DNA from: Podarcis tiliguerta
Lineage: Eukaryota
Reading direction: 5' to 3' (one strand)
NCBI GenBank assembly: GCA_965153285.1
Contig: OZ229112.1
DNA length: 64,000 bases
This document shows positions 25,640-37,810 of the stretch, in pieces. The notes below the pieces were generated by a model. The model saw nothing but the letters and a program-made list of their open reading frames with translations. It was not told where the DNA came from and made no database searches. The translations under genes and the position numbers were made by a program. How positions within the stretch are numbered: position 1 is the first letter of the stretch; the number at the start of each line of letters is the position of its first letter.

Positions 25640-25940
25640 TAGGCGTGGTTGAAGAGGCACAGTTGTCTTTCTCTCCCTTCTTAAATAGAGGGGCTGGGTC
25701 CCCCCCCCTTTTTCTTTTTTTGGAATGAGAGGAGGTGGGAGATGGGGACGTTCCACAGTGTTGTTTAGAAATCGGTGGGTTGGGCAGCAGCTTCCTATAG
25801 CAGCAGGAGTTGGCTGGCTGCCATGCTTCTCGGCTGTGCGCTTGAATGGGGCGGACTGGGGAACAGCTGTACCTAGCACTGGTGCACTGCACTCTCTGCA
25901 AACAGGACCCTTTCACTTCCCTCCATGGAACAGTCCCAGG
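25640..25940 (+). promoter_or_regulatory. Putative promoter/5'UTR of the MFCLK first exon
   Basis: Local GC/CpG enrichment, GC box GGGGCGGA at 25848-25855, TATA-like TTAAATA at 25681. Confidence 0.5.
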
Positions 25941-25956
25941 ATGTTTTGCCTGAAAG
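25941..25956 (+). CDS. NHSL1: NHSL1 alternative first coding exon, short N-terminus MFCLK
   Basis: aggATG TTT TGC CTG AAA G|GTAAGG: A at -3, strong phase-1 donor, GC-rich promoter-like sequence upstream. Splices in frame to the common exon (MFCLK-A-VSNLDEESRW). Confidence 0.75.
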
Positions 25957-26472
25957 GTAAGGGGACTTTTTGGAAGTTATGCGACTCTCCTGTATAGCTG
26001 TTGCTGCGCCCCCCCCCCCCCCGCAATCACAGGCTAGCAGCCCTCTTTTACAACTCTCAGAAGTTTATGAGAAGTTTAATCTTTAGTCTTGTCCTTGAGT
26101 CAGAGGGCAGCACAGATCTACATAACCCTTTGTGCTTTATTAGCAGGGAGAAGACTCATTCCTGCTTGGAATCCTTCGAATGCTATGTGTAATCCTTCCC
26201 CATACAAAAGAGCAAGCTTGCTCTGTAGGTTTCAATTTGCTGAGCCTACCAAGCATTTGAAAAAGCATTGTCTGTGTTGTAGGAACTTTAGGAACAATTT
26301 ATTGGATGAAGCATGTGCACTGACCATGCTAGTTAATAGGATCTGTCAGACAATACCTTCATTTAATTATTTTCAAAACAGTATGAGGTCTAATGAATGC
26401 CTGGAGAGAATGATGAATTTTTTTGTCATTATATAAATGCAAAACCAAACTATGCCAGTTATTTCTTTTCAG

Positions 26473-26528
26473 GGTGCATGTTGATAAGTGCGTGAATGTG
26501 ATCAAGGACAGAGGCAACATTACTACAA
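26473..26528 (+). CDS. Candidate 56-nt NHSL1 cassette exon (phase 2 in, phase 1 out: VHVDKCVNVIKDRGNITT)
   Basis: Acceptor ttatttcttttcAG and donor CAA|GTTAGT. Open in the frame that joins the ATG at 25925 to the common exon. Inference only. Confidence 0.35.
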
Positions 26529-27990
26529 GTTAGTTTTTTCTTTATAAAATTTGGTATTAACTTTGAGTCCTATTTTAGATTACGTAGTAGCGCGTGTGCA
26601 GACACACACACACAGTATGTTCACCTTTCTAAAAAAAATCCTGCCCAAAGTATATGTGAATTTCCTTAGGCTTGGTGTTTCTGCTATTGGAATAATTCAG
26701 AGATGTGTAATTGTTAAAAGAAATCAGTGGCTCTTCACTTTAAGTGTGTTTTTTGTTGTTGGTGTGACTAGAAGTAAAGATAATAATTTTTACAATGCAC
26801 TGAATTCAAACTTATTTCAAAATATAACCAGATTACTAGTTCAGCTAATAATAGAAGCTCCCTTTTATGTTTCTTTCTGTACTAACAGCTGTATATTATA
26901 TATGATGTTTTCAATGGAGGAAAATATTATTATTAATAACCGTGGATTTCAGAATTCTTGTGTTCATTGTAAGCTAGGGCATTTCCACATGTTCAGTGGG
27001 ATGTGATGCATATTGTATGTGTATGTGTGTGTGTGTGTATACACACGCACACACGCACACACTGCCCTATACCCAGAGGTCTAAGGGCGGTTCACAGAAC
27101 AAAATAAAAATAAAAAACCACAAAATATATAATAAAAACAGCCCCCCCAAAAAACCATATACTTGCCTCCATTTCTCCCTAATTTATACCAATTTGTATA
27201 AAGCATTATTAACTGATTATCTCAGAATGCTAAGTCATCACAGTTGTTGTTGCTTTTTAAAATACATTTTTATTGTTACCGGATTATTTTTGTTTATTTT
27301 AAATAAAAAGAAAACACCTCTCTTTTCTTTATTGGCCTGACCTGAACCCCTAGCTACACCTCCAAAATGTTTGCACAATGATCCATCTGCACCTACCTCT
27401 TTAAAAACAACACCTTTTTTGCTGCATTGGGCACTTTAAAAGTGTTCACGTATGCTAATACTTGCTCCTTTGTCCCTTAATAATGTGGCCGGGGACCTCA
27501 GACTGCTTTCAAAGAGGACCAGCAAAGGCAGCAGGAAGCATCAGTGATTTGTGCTTCCTGTTGTATCATCTTCCCCACCCCCCACCCCTCATCAGTGTTT
27601 GCAAGGAATCTCTTGCATCTCCCTTAGCAGGCTCTTTCCCACAAAGATTCCTGTAGGGAAATTGGTGGATAGACTGTTTGCAGTTGGAAATGACGGAGCC
27701 TTCATTATGGTATCCCCCCATGTTGCTCTTGCCAGGTAGACACTCTCATAGTTGTATTTAAAATCCCTGTTCACCGGGGTAGGGACGAGGACATAGGTGC
27801 CAATGAAGGCCTCCATGTGCAAATACAACAACATATGTATTTTAATCAAGCTCATAAGCAGATTTAGTAATACTGTAAGCTTCAGCTTCTGTTAGGGGAT
27901 ATTTCACACTAGATATTGTAATATACTAGCATTTCTACTGGAATGCTAGGGCTGTCAAGATGCTAGAATTTAAAATGTCTATACATACGT

Positions 27991-28338
27991 GGGACACGGG
28001 TGGCCCTGTGGGTTAAACCACTGAGCCTAGGGCTTGCCGATCAGAAGGTCGGCGGTTCGAATCCCCGTGATGGGGGTGAGCTCCCGTTGCTTGGTCCCTG
28101 CTTCTGCCAACCTAGCAGTTTCGAAATCACGTCAAAGTACGAGTAGATAAATGGGTACCACTCCGTCGGGAAGGTTCCGTGCACTGCTCTGGTTCGCCAG
28201 AAGTGGCTTAGTCATGCTGGCCACATGACCCAGAAGCTGTACGCCAGCTCCCTTGGCCAATAACGCGGGATGAGCGCCGCAACCCCAGAGTCGGTCACGA
28301 CTGGACCTAATGGTCAGGGGTCCCTTTGCCTTTATCTT
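27991..28338 (+). mobile_element. Sauria SINE, full length
   Basis: gggacacgggtggccctgtgggttaaacc head, B box ggttcgaatccc, tail ggacctaatggtcaggggtccctttgccttta. Confidence 0.92.
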
Positions 28339-29444
28339 ATACAAGAATCACAGCTATGCTCCCTTCTAAATGTTTACTTTGTGTAAGGTTTGTTATTATT
28401 CTTTGTGAAAAAGATTTATAAATACTCTATTTTTTGAAATCAGGCAGCTGAATAGACTGGATTAGGGAGAATGCGGAAGGAGAGTTGAGGGGAAAATATA
28501 TTTTCATTTCCAAAGTTACTTTCAAGTAAGGTCATATTAGACACAGTATGTTAACCAGGGTTGAAGAGAGAGCTTCTATTTGACTAGATCTCTTATTGAC
28601 TTCATTGTAAAGAAAATGCAGAGGGTGCTGTAAAGAAGGTATGCAAGCTCTGTGACTGCACTTAAAGACGCATATGCCACAGCCTAACATATTTTACAGC
28701 TGTGGATTTGGGGAAGGAGGACAGGAGGAATATTTTTCTGCTAATAATAGTAAGAAGTTATGTTGGAGGCCATCCCTGAAAAATCCAGGGCATGTGGTTA
28801 TTGCTCCCTGGAGGAAAGATCTGTACTAGAAATGCTGATTTATCATCTCTCTTTTTTAAAAGACATCAATGGCTTCCTCACCAGTTGTCTCGTGTGTAGT
28901 ATACATGTAAGGACATTCCTTGGATTCTTTTCTTGGCAATGTTCTTAGCAAATATGTAAAGTTCAGAATCAGAAACAGATTTCCCCCCTGATGTCTCAAA
29001 GCACATGCATTTCCTAAGTCAAGCTAGGCAGCTTGTACTCAAAGGTGCGTTATTTTGTTCCTCCTAGGATGAAAGAGAATAAAACTGTGCCTGCTTTTAT
29101 AGTATGAATCCCTCAATTTAAATGTGTGGTCATATTTTAATTATGCTAGGATTAATGAATCCAGTTGTGCTTCTTGTTCTCAACTCAGTAGTAAAGCTAT
29201 AATTGTTGTTAGTATCAAGGCAAGGATCGCAACCAGAGTTTTACTAGCAAATAATTTATTTTGGACAACCTATATGAAAATGTATTTATTGGCACTAAAG
29301 TTTTCAGATGGATGTGGCAAGCTCTTCAGTTTCCCCTTTGCTATCATTTATCACCATGGTTTTAGTTCAAATATACTGTTTATATAATCATAAGTTAGAC
29401 AGGCTCTTCCCTTGTAGACTTTTCAGTCCATTTGCTTACTTGAT

Positions 29445-29650
29445 GGAGAAAATCTGGAGTGAGAGCATCTTGGACAGATGACTGCCTATCTTCTCCTTGA
29501 AGACCTTCAGTGAAACCCACCACTGCCAAAAAGATTCTCCTAATGTTGAGCTGAAATCAATCCTCTTGTAGATTAAGCCCATTAGCCCTGCCCTCAATGG
29601 CAGCAGAGAAAAAAAGTATTTTTGTTCTTCTGTGTGAATGCTCTTCAGGT
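29445..29650 (-). mobile_element. Old CR1 3' fragment
   Basis: Minus-strand SLKVFKEKIGSHLSKML, similar to the CR1 ORF2 C-terminus at 24200-24400. Confidence 0.55.
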
Positions 29651-30503
29651 AATTTTTTTTAAAAAACAACATTTTTTTTCAATTTTCAAAAACAAAAACA
29701 AACAAACTGAACAAATATAAAAGTAAACACACCCAATTTTGTAAACATAATTTGTTACTCCAGATTTAGATATACTACAGACAGGCATGGCTTTCAAGTA
29801 TCAGAAGTTAGTGTGTTACCATGTTCTCTTTCAGTCTTCTCCTTTCTTGAGGGCAAGAATGTTTAATGTTTCCTTGTAGGACATGTTCACAAAACAAACA
29901 ATTTCCATATAAAGAAACAGTACTGTAGGGGAATGATTGGGAATCTGTGGACCTCCGAATGTGATGGGGGAGTTGTCATCAGCCCCAAACATTTCGGCCA
30001 GTGGTCAAGACATCTACATTCCTGCTCTAGAGCATACAAATTTAAGTTTACAAAAAGAAAAAAAGCAGGGCTAGAGGATCTTGAATTCCTGCAATTCTTA
30101 AAAAGTCTTAATGTGATCTCACATATGAATGAAGCAAATGCCATAGAAATATGTACAACTGTTCAATCTGTAGGTATGGGAAGAATTTTAGTAGCGAAGT
30201 GAGTGTGAAATTTCAAGCACATAGTTTAAATAGTGCACACACAATCTTTCTTTTACAGGCTTTTAAAGGCTTAACATTATTGGGCATTGATTTATTTGAA
30301 ATGTTTCCTAACTGCTCTTCATCAGAATTTTTTATTAAGTGTTGGATTACTAGCAGTCTCAACAAAAAGACATCTTTTTCACAGTATTGCATGCCAAAGG
30401 CAATATTTTCTTCAGGTGATTTTAATAGCTTAAGTTTAAACATTACTTTGATAGTGCTGCAGAGTTCAGGGGTGCCAGACTTCTAATCCCTGGATCCAGC
30501 AAG

Positions 30504-31303
30504 TGTTAAAAGCTAATCATGCCAGGCTAGCCTCCTGGTGAGGTGCAGAGCCAGAGTTTGGAGTTGAGAGTTGAGCAGTAATGTGACCTAGATGTAAACT
30601 GCTGGCTTGAAAGCCAGAGAACAATGTTCAATTTCTGTTTGAATCCAAGGCTATGGCTATGGAAGAAATAACACTCTTTTGGGGTGTTGATGCTGTGAAT
30701 CGCTCCATTATAGGCTTAGGTTGATGTATAAATAAACCATATACCAGGGGTCGGCAACCCGCGGCTCCGGAGCCGCATGTGGCTCTTTTACACCTTTGCC
30801 GCGGCTCTGGGGCGGATACTAGCGAGGGGAGGAGGTGCATTGTGCTGGCTGTGACATCGCATGGGGGCGGTGTGTGTGTTAGTCATGCACCGTCCCGACG
30901 TCACCTTTCCGCCCGCCCACCCGCTACATTGTAAGGGGCATGTACACTGGTCACTGTTTTGAAGGGGAGTGAAGAACACACACACACAAAAAGGTAACTT
31001 GTTAATTTAACTTTTATTTCTATGAGGAGGAGTAATTCTGAGGGGTCAAACAAAGAAATAATAAAAAAAAGTGACAAAAACGTTATTTTTATAATGACGA
31101 GTTTTGCGGCTCCCAGTTTTTTTTCCTTCGGAAACAGGTCCAAGTGGCTCTTTTTGTCTTAAAGGTTGCAGACCCCTGCCATATACCATAAAGACACCAC
31201 AGTCTCCACTGTGCCTCAGTTCCAAAAGGAGACATGGAGCCTGGATAAGCACCTGGAACTCCTTTAGTCTCACACCGCTTGGAGATTGGTGTGGTATGCA
31301 ACA
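30504..31303 (+). mobile_element. Solo-LTR-like element (TG...CA) split by a hAT insertion
   Basis: Homologous to 2208-2576; continuous once 30745-31186 is removed. Confidence 0.6.
30745..31178. mobile_element. Young non-autonomous hAT (Charlie-like) DNA transposon
   Basis: TIRs CAGGGGTCGGCAACC / GGTTGCAGACCCCTG; perfect 8-bp TSD ccatatac at 30737-30744 and 31179-31186; CpG-rich. Confidence 0.92.
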
Positions 31304-33199
31304 ATAGCAAGATTTTGACTGTTTTCTTTCTTTATTGCCACTTCCCTTACTGCACATTCACGTTAAGCCACCATCACATTAAGCCACATCAACCATTATA
31401 ATGATGGTTTACTGAGAATGCGCAGTGTGTGTATGCCCATTGCTGAATGTCTTCACTGCATTATTCCCCCATTCCAGGTGCTGCCGTGCCAATGGGAAAC
31501 AAGCTAGAGCCTCAAACCGGTCTCATAATTTTGTTTTTCCCCAAACAAAGCTTGAGCAGTAACCAAAGTTCTGCTTTTGTCTTACTGCTCACGATTTGTT
31601 TGGGGGTAACAACAAACATGAGCCCAGGTTTAGAAGTCACAACATACCAGACTCTGGCTTGTTTCCTGGTGGCATGGCAACAGAAGTAATGGTGGGGGGA
31701 TGCAGTGAGAAGGTTTCAGCAGTGTGTGCCAGCAAGCACACATTCACATTAAACTGTGGTTTTCATGTGACATGCCAACTAGGCCATTGAATAGGAGTGG
31801 ATGAATTGGTCTGTCTCCAGTACTTTCAGACATGTTTCACCAGTAAGGTCTGTTGTATCCTGTTTGCATTTGTTGTTTCCTGAAAAAATCTGCATGAAAT
31901 AATGCTTTTAAATAATATCTTCTAAATACATTTCAGGATATGTTTCTAAATTGTTATTGAGCTAAGAACCAGGTCAGAACATTCAGGAAGTGTAAGAGTA
32001 AGTGGATAACTAAGTTCTGATCTAAACATTAATCTATGGTGTGTGGATCAAGTTCTGTTTAATCAGAACGTGCAAAGATCTTGTTTGTGAAATATCTGTA
32101 ATATTGAAAAGTTATAAGGGAGTAGAATGGTATTATGTTTTGTATATATGTTATGTTTACTTCACCTAGGGGTTCCCTGGCCCAAGTCCTATATTTAAAT
32201 GATTTGTTATGCATTCAACCCTTTTCAAGGAGCCCATGATGGTACCTTAGCCTCACTAAACCTTTAAGATAGACAATGCTGAGTGACACTGATGTTACCA
32301 AAACTACCCGGTGAAGCTTTGTGTCTGTGTGTGAGAAAGGGGGGTTTAAACCTGTATTTCCCATTCCCAACCTAGCATGACATAAAAAGGTAAGTTATAA
32401 TACATTTAGATAAACAAAAACCCTAGCTGACTTTTCAGAATTTTTTTTCCTATGAAGCTGGATTAGAAATATCAATTTCTTTTTGCTTTGTTTTGTTTGC
32501 TATCAGGTACTTAGGAAATTCTGTTATTGTCATATAAATGCTGTTATTTAGTACAAACAGTCATGTCACAGCCAGAGATACTCTAACTATAACCTGCTGA
32601 TATTATTTGTTCACAATTACATAGTTACTGCCCTAAAACCATTGCCTCTAAATGCTAGGGACCGCTGCTCAGAACTGCAATTTGTCATAAAGCCTCACAG
32701 TGTGCATCGACTTAAGAGAGGAATTGCAGAAATGACAGATAAATGCTATAATTCATAGCATGATATGCTACACTGCTGTGCTGCATTCGACCTCTCGAGT
32801 GCCTTGATCTTTTTGCAGGTTTTTGTTGGTTATCATTGTAGTTTAATTTAAACTTCCTTATTTGAAATATATTACGCAGCATGCCTTCCAAGCGGAACCA
32901 GTTAGCTCCTTTTATATTGATTACATTGCTGTGTAGTTAAGACGAGATGGTATGGTGATGGTTATTTGTAGGAAGTCACTGGGTTTTAACTATCTGTACT
33001 TTAACTGGTGACCCCTGTACCATATAGGCAATGTGCCAGCAGGAGAACCAAGATACAGATTTCATTAAGCTGTAAATAGTTTTGTTCACCTTTGCTGTCC
33101 AAAGTAAGGTGATAAATTGTTCCACTTGGCAAATTCAAAACAGAGCTGTAAATAGAAAAGAACTGGAAGTAGAAGGAAAAAGCAATGTGGTAGACAAAA

Positions 33200-33360
33200 G
33201 AGAGACCTTTGTTAGTCCAATGCATTTTGGACCCTACTGGTTCTTCTTCAGGGAAAGAAATACAGATTCAACATTTAGATGTGCTACTGCAGCTTTTCTT
33301 TTGCTAACTCTGAATCTGTATTTCTTTGAAGAAGAACCTGTAGGGTCCAAAACATGTCAC
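33200..33360. mobile_element. Penelope-like inverted terminal remnant
   Basis: 26-bp inverted repeat (25/26) at 33225-33250 and 33327-33352 containing (C)TGAAGAAG...CAAAA. Confidence 0.45.
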
Positions 33361-33382
33361 ACTGATAATGTGGTGCTCTCCA

Positions 33383-33501
33383 CACAATTTCTGTTCTCAT
33401 CCTGAAGCAAAGTTCTTAACCCGAGGTACTATTCTGGGTTAGCGGAGTCTGTAACGTGAAGCGTATGTAACATGAAACGTATGTAACCCAAGGTACCACT
33501 G
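33383..33501. mobile_element. Truncated Tc1/mariner MITE, family A (one TIR)
   Basis: tttctgttctcatcctgaagcaaagttcttaac...aggtaccactg|TA. Confidence 0.85.
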
Positions 33502-34451
33502 TATATAATTTAGTTACAGTGGCCTCCCCGCGTGCTAGATTTGATGGTTTAATTATTTTCTTGTGAGGAACTCAGACTATATCCTTGTTGTTCCCGTGTG
33601 TGGCAATTATTCTGTTCGTTTTGTTTCTTCCTGTCCTTGTAAGATGTCTTTCCTTTCCCTGATTGTTGCTGTTATGCTTTGGGCAGAGCTGATATCCCAT
33701 TGTTGTTCCAGAAATTTCTCCATTGCTCTGTCCCGTGGTTTGTTGTTTTACACTGAGAACTTTAGCAAGAGCTGCAAAAGTCACTGTGCCCCAGTAAATA
33801 AATGGTTGTCACCATTTTTCCTCTCAGCCTGGGAAGAAGAGTGGTCTGTCAAACTGCAGACGACTCAGTAAAAACCTTATCAGTTCTTTGGCAGTTCACA
33901 GACTCCTTTCATTCTTCCTTCCAGCTGAAAATATATGAGCAGTTATACTTCCAATTAAATTAAATTCCAAGTCCTCTTAGCATTATTCAGTTCACTTCAT
34001 AAATAATAAAGGATGCGGAAGAGTCAGCTCTAAATTTCCATCATAAACCTTTTGCAAAATAGAGCTTTCCTCCTTTTTTCCCTTTTTTACACACACAGTT
34101 CTGTTTGATTTTCTATTCTGTGTTTATAATCCTATTTCTTCCATCCTCACTTGTACAAATATAATTTGAACTAACATTCTTCCTTGCTTTTCCTTCGCCA
34201 ATGATCTTCCGCTGTCATGGGGGCTGCGGAACCGGAAACCCATCCAGCGATCTCGTATGGATATGTCCTTCATTGTACACTTGCACATACACCAACAATT
34301 CTTCTGTTTTACCTCTCCCAAGATAAACCTTGGAAAGGAACAACATTGCAACCTGTTCCTCCATCACTTGTGTTTCCATTCAGTGTCATAAGACCTTAAT
34401 ATTTGAAGAACACTACATTTCTTAAACAGAGTTTGGCTTTGGGGGTAGATA

Positions 34452-34885
34452 TAGCTCTGAGGACCTTCTGGCAGTTTCTTACTGCGAGAAGTGAAGTCTG
34501 AGTGTGGTGCTGATAATGTCAAGGTTGCAGGTTCGGTTCTCATACGGAATAGCTTTACATTCCTGCATTGCAGGGAGTTGGACTAGATTATCATCAGGGT
34601 CCCTTCCAACTCTACAGTTCTGTGATTTTGCAGGGAACCAGGCAGAGGGCCTTCTCGGTAGTGGCATCCACCCTGTGGAACACCCTCTCATCAGATATCA
34701 AGGAGATAAATAACCAAACAACTTTTACAAGGCATCTGAAGGCATCAGGAAGTTTTTGATGTTTGATGTTTTATTATGATTTTATATTTGTTGAAAGCTG
34801 CCCAGAATCGCTGGGGCAACCCAGCAGGATGGTCATGGTACAAATAATAAAATATAATAATGATGATGATGATGATGATGATGAA
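34452..34885 (+). mobile_element. L2 3' end with a nested SINE and TAA/TGA-repeat tail
   Basis: Homologous to 36600-36840 (actgcgagaag...ggaaccaggcagagggccttctcggtagtggc). Confidence 0.8.
34498..34628 (+). mobile_element. 5'-truncated tRNA-derived SINE with CR1 tail (POM-SINE-like)
   Basis: gtggtgctgataatgtcaaggttgcaggttcg (B box) followed by cctgcattgcagggagttggactagat...ccttccaactctac. Confidence 0.75.
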
Positions 34886-36439
34886 ACAAATAAAAACAAA
34901 TAAAAAATAAAGATTGTTGTTACAGTTCATGTCAAACAGAGCATCTCCCTTTGGCTCTTTTAAATTGTTAAAGGGATAGTGGAAGGCTGGTGAAAAAGGA
35001 GGTGATGCTTGCTTTTGGTTATCAATGGTAATCCAGGATTGTAATGTATCTGAATTGGCAGGCTAACATTGCTAAACTTGTCTGAACTGTATCTGAATTG
35101 CTAGTTAAAGCAAACTGTAAATTTTGCTGCTTTTCACTGATGTAAAGAATGCTTTGCTCTCATAGTGCTAGGATGTACCAGCCTTAGCAGCTTTGTCATT
35201 CCATTGTTGCTGTAGATTAGAGACATTTCTTTTTTATTTTTGGCAGTACATCTTTGGTCCCATGTTTTTCAGATGCCTCAGCAGCTGCATGGGATGGACT
35301 GAAATCCTCTAATATTACACACATAATGGCTTTTGTTTCAACATCAGCAACGACCTTTTTTTTTTTTTTTGAAGAATGTATTTGTTTACTTTTAATTTAT
35401 AGCCCACTATATCCCAAGGGCTCAGGACATGTGATTTCAGTTTTAAAAAGTGGGACAAGCCATAGCTCTGAAAGACATGTAACATTGCAGTCTAAATTTG
35501 ATGAAAACACAAAAAGGAGCACACAGTAAAAAAGATGGGAATCAAAACTTAAATGACATTGTACTATTTTTAGTAGCATTAGGAAACTGCCTAATGTAAA
35601 GTGTACATCTAAATACGTTCAGGAGACTGCCTGCTACTGTGAACTCTGCGTTATGAAGGTTCTCAACTGTGAGGAAACGTTTAAGAACATAGAGATATTT
35701 TATTTCTTCCTTATACCATCCTTCATCCCAGGGTCTTTTTGGTTGAATTTATTTTCGTTTTCTTGGAGAGTTTTGATTAAGCAGCATTTTTTTTTCTGGA
35801 TTAAAGAACTGAGGCACACTTAATTCTTAAGGTCAAAAAGACATATATGTGTTCTCAGCTTCCAGAACAACTGGTCTTATGACTGCAGGATAGCTCTGTT
35901 AATATTTATTCCCAATGCTCTATTCTTCCTTTATCCTTTCAGTCATGGATCATAGTTAAGGCCATCTTCGGGGGGTGGGAGGTGATAATTCTGGGGTTCT
36001 CTCTAGCCTCTAAGCTATAGCATTGGATACATCAGAAAGTCTGCCCCCTTTCTTGGGATGTTGTTGCAGAACATTATAATTAAAATAGATGGGATTGAGG
36101 TGGCACGGCCAGCTGCAATGTACCATAATGTGTGGTGTAGGATCAGATCCTAAGTGAAGTTATGTTGGTAATTTTAATTTTATAACGTATTATAGAATAA
36201 ATGCTTATTGAACTGCTTATTTTATTATGTAACCTCCCCTGGAATCATTGTGGGATGAAGGATGGTATAGAAATAAAATATCCTATGTTCTTAAAAGTTT
36301 CCTCAGAGTTGAGAACCTTGATAATGCAGAGTTCACAGTAGCAGGCAGGCTCCTGAACGTATTTAGATGTACACTTTTTGACGTTATCACCAGAGTTTCT
36401 ACCCGCTCAGCATGGGAAGGTTAGGAGTAGTTGGGAATG

Positions 36440-36884
36440 GAGAATTACAATTGGGACCATATAACACCGGATCTTAATTGGCTCCCTGTGTGTTTCCGAG
36501 CCCAAATCAAACTGTTGGTGCTGACGTTTAAAGCCCTTGGCCCAGTATACCTGAAGGAGGGTCTCCACCCTCATTGTTCGGCCCGGACGCCGAGGTCTAG
36601 CTTCGAGGACCTTTTGGCGGTTCCCTCACTGCGAGAAGCAAAGTTACAGGAAACCAGGCAGAGAGCCTTCTCGGTAGTGGCGCCTGCCCTGTGGAACACC
36701 GTCCCATCAGATGTCAAGAAAATAAACAGCTATCTGACTTTTAGATGACATCTGAAGGCAGTCCTATTTAGGGAAGTTTTTAATGTTTGATGTTTTACCG
36801 TGTTTTTACTGTTCTGTAGGTAGCCGCCCAGAGTGGCTGAGAAATAATCAAATTCTTGTTGTTGTTGTTGTTGTTGTTGTTGTT
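36440..36884 (+). mobile_element. L2 LINE 3' end
   Basis: DHITP..WLPVCFRAQIKLLVLTFKAL...RAFSVVAPALWN, 3'UTR and (GTT)n tail. Confidence 0.9.
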
Positions 36885-37049
36885 ACAATTGGGGCTGCAA
36901 GGGGTTGCACTCTTTTTAAAAGACCATGTCCATAGTTTGTGTGCTTCTGGATTCACCACTGACTGTGGAAGCCCTGGTAGACTTGGTAGCCAAGAGTGCT
37001 GGTATGCCAGCTGCAGCCCCTCATTTAGATAAATGATAAATCATCGATT

Positions 37050-37405
37050 ATTTAAGCTATAGTTTATCAAACCATGGCTTTGTGTCATGTGTGAACACTG
37101 CCCAGCATCTTAACTATGATTTCCTTACTGCTAAAAAACCCCACAATCTCAAACCATGGTTTGTTGTTGACTTATGAACCCTGGTTTCTTCTAACTGTGG
37201 TCTGAGTCCAGCACTCTTCCTTAACTATGGTCTGTTTGGTGAGGGTCTGGGGTGAGGTGGTCAAAGTACATAGGCACGAGGCAAGAGTAGTTGGGGGAAA
37301 AGCCAAGTTTGAGAGAAACAAGGCACAGTTTGTTTGGTTGTCAGTGGAAGAACTCTTGGTTTATTAAACAAACTATAGCTTAGTGTTATTTGTCAACTGG
37401 GCCTG
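37050..37405. repeat. Degenerate element rich in aaccatggtt/aactatg motifs (related copies ~17420-17760, 31360-31790, 44660-45220)
   Basis: Recurrent aaaccatggttt-type motifs and gtgtgaac / aactgggcc ends; probably old non-autonomous DNA transposons. Confidence 0.4.
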
Positions 37406-37624
37406 TGTGGCAGTTTAGTGATGGATTAGTGGGCACCATCTAATACAGCCCCTCCACTAATCCAGTGGATATTATTTGAAGGTGTGAGTAATGGTTACTG
37501 TTTTATCTGCTGTGGAATTATGATTTAGAGATAATGCAATTCTGAATATAGGAAATATTCACCCTTTTATTAGGAAATGGAATACTGAATATTATTATTG
37601 GCATGCTCAGGAAACTTACAACTT

Positions 37625-37810
37625 TGCTATGGATTTTGTCTTGGAATCCCTGGGAGTATCGTCTAATCCTGGCTTTTACACTTAAACCGTAGACAACATG
37701 CTAAACCTCTTTTGAGTCTTTCTGTCTCATTTTTTAATAGGGATAATGCCTACCTCCAGAAGGTGCTAAAGGATTCATTTGCTCAGTATTTATAAAATGT
37801 TTTACAACTC
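37625..37810 (+). mobile_element. Ancient MIR/CORE-like SINE
   Basis: ctcattttttaatagggataatgcctacctccagaaggtgctaaaggattca resembles the MIR core. Confidence 0.5.

Noticed and set aside
25725-25940. In-frame 72-codon N-terminal extension of MFCLK from ATG 25725
   Set aside because: Runs through promoter-like GC-box sequence with no recognisable similarity; probably upstream of the TSS. Not excluded.
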